Source of the DNA: Candidatus Omnitrophota bacterium
GTDB taxonomy: Bacteria > Omnitrophota > Gorgyraeia > Duberdicusellales > 4484-171
Direction: 5' to 3'
NCBI GenBank assembly: GCA_021735045.1
Contig: JAIPHU010000021.1
Span: 1 to 12,208, forward strand
Length of the DNA stretch: 12,208 nt
This document shows, piece by piece, positions 6,996 through 12,208 of this stretch. The translations under genes were made by a program, and so were the position numbers. How positions within the stretch are numbered: the stretch's first letter is position 1; each line of letters starts with the position of its first letter. A model generated the notes under the pieces. That model had not been told where the DNA came from, made no database searches, and saw only the letters and a list, made by a program, of their open reading frames with translations.

Positions 6996-9374
6996 ATGGA
7001 AAAATTAAATAATCTTTTAAAAAAACGGGTGATTATCTTAGATGGGGCAATGGGAACTCAGTTGCACAAGATGGGTTTACCTCCGGGGGTTTCTCCAGAG
7101 ATCTGGTGCCTTGATAATCCAGATATCTTAACCAAGCTGCATCAGGAATATAAAAAAGCCGGTTCAGATATAGTTTATAGTGCTACCTTTGGGGCTAATC
7201 GAATTAAGTTGGGCCAATCTAGTAAAGTTTCACCGGAAAAAATAAATAAGAAGTTAGCTTCAATTGCAAAAAAAGCTGTTGGCAAAAATAGTCTAGTTGC
7301 CGGAGATATTGGGCCTACCGGTAAATTGATTGAACCTTTTGGCAATTTAAAGTTTAATCAAGCAGTAGCTATATTTAAAGAGCAAGTAAAAGGGCTATTA
7401 GCTGGTGGGGTAGATCTTTTTGTAGTTGAGACAATGATCGATATCCAAGAAGCTAGGGCTGCACTTTTAGCTATAAAAGAGTTAACTGATAAGCCGGTGA
7501 TGGTTAGTATGACTTTTGAAAAGGATGGTTTTACCTTAGGGGGTACAGATCCAATAACTGCTCTAATTACAATACAAGGTATGGGAGCTTTTGCCTTTGG
7601 CTGTAACTGTTCAACTGGCCCAGAGGCAATGGTTGAAATCATAAAAAAGATAAAACCATATGCCAAGGTACCAATTTTAGCAAAACCAAATGCTGGCCTG
7701 CCAAAGTTAAGAGCAGGAGAAACTGTTTTTGATATGACACCAGCTAAATTTGCTAGTTTTTCTAAGCAGTTTTTGTTGGCAGGTGTAAATTTTTTTGGTG
7801 GTTGTTGTGGGACTAGCCCAGCTCATATAAAGGAACTAAAAAAGAACTTAAAAGGTAAAAAACCAAAAGGAACTATTAGAAAAAATTTAGCCGCTGTATC
7901 TTCAGCTAGGTCTCATTTTATCTTTGAGAAAAATGATTCTTTAGCGGTTATCGGAGAATGCATCAACCCAACTGGTAAAAAAGAACTTAGCCGCCAGCTA
8001 AAGAATAAAGATTTTTCTTTGTTGAGAGAGCTGGCTAAAAAACAGCAATCGGCTGGAGCAGATATCTTGGATATTAATATTGGTGCAGTTGGAGTTGATG
8101 AAAAAGAAACTATTTTTGAAGTTGTGAAGTTATTAGCTAAAGACATAAAGATACCTTTAGAAGTTGATTCTTCAAATGTTGAGGTTATAGAAGAGTTTTT
8201 ACGCCTTTATCCGGGGAAGGCAATCATTAATTCAATTTCTGCTGATAGAAAAAAAATAAAAAAGTTGCTTAGTCTAGCTTCTAAATATGGAGCTACATTT
8301 ATCGGCCTTCCGATTACCGGAAAAAGTATTCCTAAAAGTTTATCAGAACGCAAAAAAAATATAGAAACTATTTCTAAAGAAGCTAAAAAATATGGGTTTA
8401 ACAGAGATGATTTCTTAGTGGATGCTTTGGTTTTATCAGCTTCTTCTGATTCAAAAAATCCCGCCCAAACTTTAGCTACCATTAAATGGGCGAAAAAATC
8501 TGGCTATAAAACGGTAATCGGATTGTCCAATGTATCTTTTGGTTTGCCCAAACGTAAAACTATAAATTCTGTCTTTTTAAATTTAGCTCAAAAAGAAGGC
8601 CTTGATTCTGTAATTGCTAATCCTTTATCTATCCAAACTATGGAAGCAAAAAAAGCAGCTGATTTTTTATTGGCAAAAAAAGGTTCAAAAGAAGTTTTTT
8701 TTGCTGATTTAACTAAAAAAAATGAAATTTATCCAGCTAAAAAGAATTTAAAAGAATTAGAAGAAAAACTTTATCAGTTTCTTCTTGAAGGCCAAAAAGA
8801 TCAGATTAAAACGGGAGTCAATGAAGCAATTGCTTCTGGAATTAAACCATATTCTTTGGTGGATAGAGTTTTAATTCCGGCTCTTAAGCAGACTGGAGAA
8901 CTATTTGATAAAAGGATCTATTTTTTACCTCAGCTTATATCAACTGCAGAAGCGGCTAAAGTAGCCTTTGGAATTTTACAGCCGAAGCTTAAAAGTACAG
9001 CTAAGACACGCCAGAAAACAGTTATTGTTCTAGCGACTGTAAAAGGTGATATCCATGATATCGGGAAAAATATCGTTGCTTTAATGCTGGAAAATCATGG
9101 TTTTAAAGTGATAGACCTAGGAAAAGATATATCAGCTGATAAAATTATTCAAGAGGTTAAGCGGTATAAGGCTCCTTTGGTGGGGCTTTCTGCGTTGATG
9201 ACAACCACGATGGTAAAGATGGAAGATGTAGTTAAATTGGCAAAAAAGGAAAAATTAGGGTGTAAGTTTATAGTCGGCGGAGCAGTAGTTACCAAAAATT
9301 ATGCGAGGCAGTTGGGAGCTAAATATGCTTCGGATGGATTAGCAGCAGTTAAGGTAGCCAACAAACTAAAGTAA
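6996..9374 (+). CDS. metH: cobalamin-dependent methionine synthase core (homocysteine-binding + pterin-binding + B12 cap/B12-binding modules; no activation module)
   Basis: Homocysteine S-methyltransferase motifs are present: ILDGAMGT, Zn-ligand contexts FGCNCSTGP and FFGGCCGTSP. A pterin-binding (DHPS-like) middle region follows (INPTGKK, DINIG, INSIS, GLSNVSFGLP). The B12-binding motif DxHxxG is GDIHDIGKN (His codon at 9054-9056), followed by SALMTTT and GGA. AAGGGG lies 9 nt upstream of the ATG. Confidence 0.92.
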   Translation: MEKLNNLLKKRVIILDGAMGTQLHKMGLPPGVSPEIWCLDNPDILTKLHQEYKKAGSDIVYSATFGANRIKLGQSSKVSPEKINKKLASIAKKAVGKNSLVAGDIGPTGKLIEPFGNLKFNQAVAIFKEQVKGLLAGGVDLFVVETMIDIQEARAALLAIKELTDKPVMVSMTFEKDGFTLGGTDPITALITIQGMGAFAFGCNCSTGPEAMVEIIKKIKPYAKVPILAKPNAGLPKLRAGETVFDMTPAKFASFSKQFLLAGVNFFGGCCGTSPAHIKELKKNLKGKKPKGTIRKNLAAVSSARSHFIFEKNDSLAVIGECINPTGKKELSRQLKNKDFSLLRELAKKQQSAGADILDINIGAVGVDEKETIFEVVKLLAKDIKIPLEVDSSNVEVIEEFLRLYPGKAIINSISADRKKIKKLLSLASKYGATFIGLPITGKSIPKSLSERKKNIETISKEAKKYGFNRDDFLVDALVLSASSDSKNPAQTLATIKWAKKSGYKTVIGLSNVSFGLPKRKTINSVFLNLAQKEGLDSVIANPLSIQTMEAKKAADFLLAKKGSKEVFFADLTKKNEIYPAKKNLKELEEKLYQFLLEGQKDQIKTGVNEAIASGIKPYSLVDRVLIPALKQTGELFDKRIYFLPQLISTAEAAKVAFGILQPKLKSTAKTRQKTVIVLATVKGDIHDIGKNIVALMLENHGFKVIDLGKDISADKIIQEVKRYKAPLVGLSALMTTTMVKMEDVVKLAKKEKLGCKFIVGGAVVTKNYARQLGAKYASDGLAAVKVANKLK

Positions 9375-9377
9375 TCT

Positions 9378-9419
9378 CTAATGCAACATTTCTGTTTGAA
9401 CCTGTTTTGTTGCATAAGG
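9378..9419 (+). repeat. third copy of the leader hairpin element, in the metH-adenosyltransferase spacer
   Basis: CTAATGCAACATTTcTGTTTGAACCTGTTTTGTTGCATAAGG matches the 42-nt core of the 6199-6314 units at 41/42 positions. The single difference is T to C at 9392, in the loop. The 8-bp stem is intact. Confidence 0.9.
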
Positions 9420-9437
9420 GCCAATAAAAATTTAAAT

Positions 9438-9971
9438 ATGTCTATTGTAACCAAAAACGGAGATAAGGGAAAAACCTCGTTTTATAAAGGAAAGAGGGTT
9501 TATAAGGATCATCCTTGTGTTGAGATTTGTGGCAATATTGATGAACTCAACTCTTATTTGGGTTTTGCTAAAGTTCAATTAAAAAAAAGAAAAGATAAGG
9601 AAATAATTAATCAAATACAAAAGGATTTATTTTTAATTTGTGCAGAAATAGTTACAAAGCCAAAACAGTTAAAAAAACTCACCAAAAGAATCAATAAAAA
9701 GAAAGTTAAAAAAATAGAAGAACTAATTAAAAATCTCGAAAATAAAATAAAATTAAAAAAAGATTTTTATATACCGGGAAAAAATTTAAAATCAGCCAGC
9801 CTCGACATTGCTAGAGCTATAGCCAGAAGGACAGAAAGAAGAATAGTTAGTTTAAGCAGAAAAAAATCATTAAAAAACCTAAATATCTTAGCATACCTAA
9901 ACCGTTTATCAGATTTTTTATTTTTATTAGCCCGAACAACTTCTGTGCACACCGGGTGTGCACAGAAGTAA
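9438..9971 (+). CDS. PduO-type ATP:cob(I)alamin (corrinoid) adenosyltransferase
   Basis: The N-terminus TKNGDKGKTS resembles the PduO-type T(R/K)xGDxGxT ATP-binding motif. Also present are FYIPGKN...ARAIARRTERR and YLNRLSDFLFLLAR. The start is placed at ATG 9438. The track start at 9381 would add 19 aa that belong to the repeat element, so the start is uncertain. Confidence 0.8.
   Translation: MSIVTKNGDKGKTSFYKGKRVYKDHPCVEICGNIDELNSYLGFAKVQLKKRKDKEIINQIQKDLFLICAEIVTKPKQLKKLTKRINKKKVKKIEELIKNLENKIKLKKDFYIPGKNLKSASLDIARAIARRTERRIVSLSRKKSLKNLNILAYLNRLSDFLFLLARTTSVHTGCAQK
9939..9969 (+). other. perfect 31-nt palindrome (14-bp stem, 3-nt loop) overlapping the adenosyltransferase stop codon
   Basis: ACTTCTGTGCACAC-CGG-GTGTGCACAGAAGT. 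Pairs run from 9939-9969 through 9952-9956. It is clearly GC-richer than its flanks, has no trailing U-tract, and ends immediately before the AAGG SD (9970-9973) of the next gene. Confidence 0.85.
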
Positions 9972-9981
9972 GGTGTTAGAT

Positions 9982-10992
9982 ATGATTAAAGAAGCGATGC
10001 TTTATAAAAAAGTTGAAGGTGGCTTAGTCTATTGTTTTTTATGCACTCATCATTGCCGTATAAAATCAGGAGATTTTGGCTTTTGCGGGGTAAGGCAAAA
10101 TGTTGACGGCCAACTAAGGAGTTTAGTTTATGCTGAGGCTATCGCTGCCGGGGTTGATCCAATCGAGAAAAAACCTCTTTATCATTTTTTACCAGGTTCT
10201 TACTCTTATTCGATAGCAACTATAGGCTGTAATTTTAGGTGCCAATTTTGTCAAAACTGGCAGATATCACAGGCCTCAAAAAGAGATCCCAACAAATTTC
10301 CCGGCCAAAAGTTAGAACCGGCGGCAGTAGTAGAGAAAGCTTTAGAAAATAACTGCAAGAGTATTTCTTATACCTATACTGAACCGACTATATTTTTTGA
10401 ATATGCTTATGATACTGCTAAATTAGCTAAAGAGCAGGGCCTTTATAATATTTTTGTAACTAATGGTTATATGACCAAACAAGCAATCGATAAGATAAAT
10501 CCTTATCTTGATGCTGCTAATGTTGATTTAAAAAGTTTTAGTGATGGTTTTTATCGGAAAATATGCAAAGGAAATTTAGAACCTGTGTTAGAATCCATTT
10601 CCTATATGAAAAAATTAGGAATATGGGTTGAAGTTACTACTTTAGTTGTGCCCGGCCAGAATGATTCAGAAGAGGAGTTAAGCCAAATTGCTGAATTTAT
10701 TGCTGGAGTTGATAAAGATATTCCTTGGCATATTAGCCGGTTTTATCCTGATTATAAAAATAGTGACGGCCGGCCTACTCCTATGGAAACTCTAAATCTG
10801 GCTTATGACTTAGGCAAAAAAGCTGGCCTAAACTATATTTATTTAGGTAATACCGGCCAACCAGAAGATAGTTTTTGTCCAAATTGTAAAAAAAAGATTA
10901 TAGAGAGGCCTTATTTTAAGGCTACCCAGATACAGGTTAAAAAAGGAAGATGCATTTTTTGCCAAAATAGAATAGAAGGTGTATTTGATTAG
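9982..10992 (+). CDS. radical SAM enzyme, AmmeMemoRadiSam / PFL-activase-like family
   Basis: The ATG at 9982 with AAGG 8 nt upstream is preferred over the GTG at 9958, which lies inside the palindrome. The CX3CX2C cluster motif is CNFRCQFCQNW. The N-terminal Cys motif CFLCTHHCRIKSGDFGFCGVR, PIEKKPLYHF and a C-terminal CPNC...CIFC ribbon are typical of the AmmeMemoRadiSam radical SAM family (TIGR04337, from memory). Confidence 0.75.
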   Translation: MIKEAMLYKKVEGGLVYCFLCTHHCRIKSGDFGFCGVRQNVDGQLRSLVYAEAIAAGVDPIEKKPLYHFLPGSYSYSIATIGCNFRCQFCQNWQISQASKRDPNKFPGQKLEPAAVVEKALENNCKSISYTYTEPTIFFEYAYDTAKLAKEQGLYNIFVTNGYMTKQAIDKINPYLDAANVDLKSFSDGFYRKICKGNLEPVLESISYMKKLGIWVEVTTLVVPGQNDSEEELSQIAEFIAGVDKDIPWHISRFYPDYKNSDGRPTPMETLNLAYDLGKKAGLNYIYLGNTGQPEDSFCPNCKKKIIERPYFKATQIQVKKGRCIFCQNRIEGVFD

Positions 10993-11010
10993 TTTGGTTT
11001 ATTTTATCTA

Positions 11011-11040
11011 TTGACTTATATTTGTATATATGTTATTAAT
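11011..11040 (+). promoter_or_regulatory. sigma70-like promoter with extended -10 for the downstream unknown operon
   Basis: TTGACT (11011-11016), a 17-nt spacer ending in TGT, then TATTAAT (11034-11040). It is followed by the inverted repeat GCTTATA (11042-11048) / TATAAGC (11058-11064) and the SD GGGAG (11065-11069). Confidence 0.45.
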
Positions 11041-11075
11041 AGCTTATAGTATAACTTTATAAGCGGGAGATTGTT

Positions 11076-11501
11076 ATGAAAAAAATAAAATTGGTCATTT
11101 TTTTTTCTTTTCTTTTTCTTCCTTTTCTGCAAGCAGAAGATATAACCCTTACCACTTATTATCCTTCTCCCTCGGGTGTTTATGAGGTCTTAAATACTTC
11201 TTATCTGCAAGCCGGCTCAGATAGTGCCCGTTATGATTTTATTCGTCTGTCAAAAGGCCAAAGTGCAGGTGCTGCTGATGCAGCTGGCAATTATTTTGCT
11301 GGCCTTATGTGGAATAAAAATGATGCAGCTTATGGTGATGGAGATGATTTTACTTTATACACATATGGGAACAGAGATATCTATATTCGCGCTGGGGGCG
11401 GAAAAGTAAGCTTAAAGGGTGCTTATTCAAGGGTAGAAAATGCATCAGGAAATCCTGCAATAATGAAAGTAAGAGATGTCTGGTATTGTACGAGTTATTG
11501 A
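11076..11501 (+). CDS. secreted hypothetical protein (141 aa)
   Basis: GGGAG lies 6 nt upstream of the ATG. The signal peptide is MKKIKLVIFFSFLFLPFLQA|ED. The mature part is Gly/Ala/Asp/Tyr-rich and beta-looking, with a single Cys near the C-terminus (WYCTSY). No family recognised. Confidence 0.65.
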   Translation: MKKIKLVIFFSFLFLPFLQAEDITLTTYYPSPSGVYEVLNTSYLQAGSDSARYDFIRLSKGQSAGAADAAGNYFAGLMWNKNDAAYGDGDDFTLYTYGNRDIYIRAGGGKVSLKGAYSRVENASGNPAIMKVRDVWYCTSY

Positions 11502-11521
11502 TTTGACTTAAGGAGGCTTCT

Positions 11522-11917
11522 ATGAAAGTAAACACAAAAAAAGGGAAAGGTTGGATAAAGTTATCTTTAAATCCTTCGGTTTATCCTCTTGCTACTATTT
11601 ATTCAGCCGGATATATCTTTTTAGATAAAGCCTATATCTATTTAGATAAAGAAAGCAAAAATAAGATAGCAGTCTTTATATATCCTAAGAAAAAAAGCCA
11701 AAATCTTGACAAGATAGCGGGTGAATTTTACAATGAACTATTGAATTACGCCCATTATTATACCAGCCTTAAAACCAATGCAGATGCAGTGAAGATGTTG
11801 ATGCAGCGGGCTTTATTTTCGGCTGAACCATCCTTAGCTAAAGAAGCCGAAGAAGAAGAGATAGCAGACTTAATTAAAGAGCTAGAAGAAGAAGAAGATA
11901 AATCTCGGGAAAAATAA
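11522..11917 (+). CDS. hypothetical protein, possibly HxsD-like, with an acidic C-terminal tail
   Basis: AAGGAGG lies 5 nt upstream of the ATG. IKLSLNPSVYPLATIYSAGYIFLDKAYIYL and GEFYNELLNYAHYY resemble my recollection of the HxsD family (TIGR03976, motif LLNDYxLRE). The tail is EAEEEEIADLIKELEEEEDKSREK. The family call is unverified. Confidence 0.55.
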   Translation: MKVNTKKGKGWIKLSLNPSVYPLATIYSAGYIFLDKAYIYLDKESKNKIAVFIYPKKKSQNLDKIAGEFYNELLNYAHYYTSLKTNADAVKMLMQRALFSAEPSLAKEAEEEEIADLIKELEEEEDKSREK

Positions 11918-11918
11918 A

Positions 11919-12140
11919 ATGAATTACCCTTTTATTAAAAAAGACAAAAATAAATCTTATATTAAGCTTTGCAAGGAAATTTACAATAAAGCCTTAATAG
12001 ACAAACTAAAAAGTGAAGTTTCTGATGCAATTCTTTCTGTTAAATCTCAAAAAGATTATTATCTTTTAGAAATTGAGGCTGATAATAAATCTGATTACTT
12101 TGATTTTCTAAACTACCTAATTTATCTAAAGAGAAATTAA
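11919..12140 (+). CDS. hypothetical small protein (73 aa), possible short paralog of the preceding gene
   Basis: The ATG is 1 nt after the upstream stop, and GGGA lies 8 nt upstream. It shares YIKL...IY...A.I and ...FDFLNYLIYLKR with the IKL / FYNELLNY segments of the 131-aa protein. Confidence 0.45.
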   Translation: MNYPFIKKDKNKSYIKLCKEIYNKALIDKLKSEVSDAILSVKSQKDYYLLEIEADNKSDYFDFLNYLIYLKRN

Positions 12141-12143
12141 TCA

Positions 12144-12208
12144 ATGAATAACAATTCTTTTAGTAATGAAAGATTTATCAAGCGTCTTTCTCTTTGTGTT
12201 GGCTATAG
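12144..12208 (+). CDS. 5' end of a further co-directional ORF (MNNNSFSNERFIKRLSLCVGY...), truncated by the window end
   Basis: The ATG is 3 nt after the preceding stop, and the frame is open to the window edge (21 codons). There is no strong SD and the fragment is too short to classify. Confidence 0.3.
   Translation, partial: MNNNSFSNERFIKRLSLCVGY

Noticed and set aside
9958-9981. GTG start at 9958 for the radical SAM gene (MHRSKVLD extension).
   Set aside because: The GTG lies inside the right arm of the 31-nt palindrome and overlaps the upstream gene. ATG 9982 has an AAGG SD at a suitable distance.
11224-11409. 61-aa plus-strand ORF nested in another frame of the secreted-protein gene.
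   Set aside because: It is fully contained in the better-supported 11076-11501 frame, which has a signal peptide and an SD. It has no SD of its own, and its Met/Leu-rich translation looks like a frame artefact.

Overview
AT-rich window in which every credible gene is on the + strand with short or overlapping junctions. It likely comes from a diderm bacterium, since an outer-membrane beta-barrel gene is present. Four blocks are visible. (1) A small membrane protein and a porin head a complete high-affinity phosphate uptake operon, pstS-pstC-pstA-pstB-phoU (54-6120). (2) A split cobalamin-dependent methionine synthase, with a stand-alone activation-domain protein plus a 792-aa MetH core, is followed by a PduO-type corrinoid adenosyltransferase (6314-9971). 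(3) An AmmeMemoRadiSam-type radical SAM enzyme follows (9982-10992). (4) A separately promoted, tightly packed operon of unknown function runs off the window end (11076-12208): a secreted 141-aa protein, two small possibly HxsD-like proteins and a truncated fourth ORF. The most unusual non-coding signal is a roughly 42-58 nt element present three times around the methionine synthase genes. Two copies form a perfect 58-bp tandem in the 5' leader (6199-6314), and a third lies between metH and the adenosyltransferase (9378-9419). Each copy carries an 8-bp hairpin, an anti-SD-like loop and a Cys-rich mini-ORF (MQHFCLNLFCCIR). Other unexplained structure includes a 72-nt fully nested three-way junction between pstS and pstC. 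There is also a perfect 31-nt palindrome spanning the adenosyltransferase stop, and four phased GATTA repeats in front of pstS. No tRNA, rRNA, CRISPR array, transposase or integrase was recognised. All family calls rest on motif recognition by eye and need HMM or BLAST confirmation.
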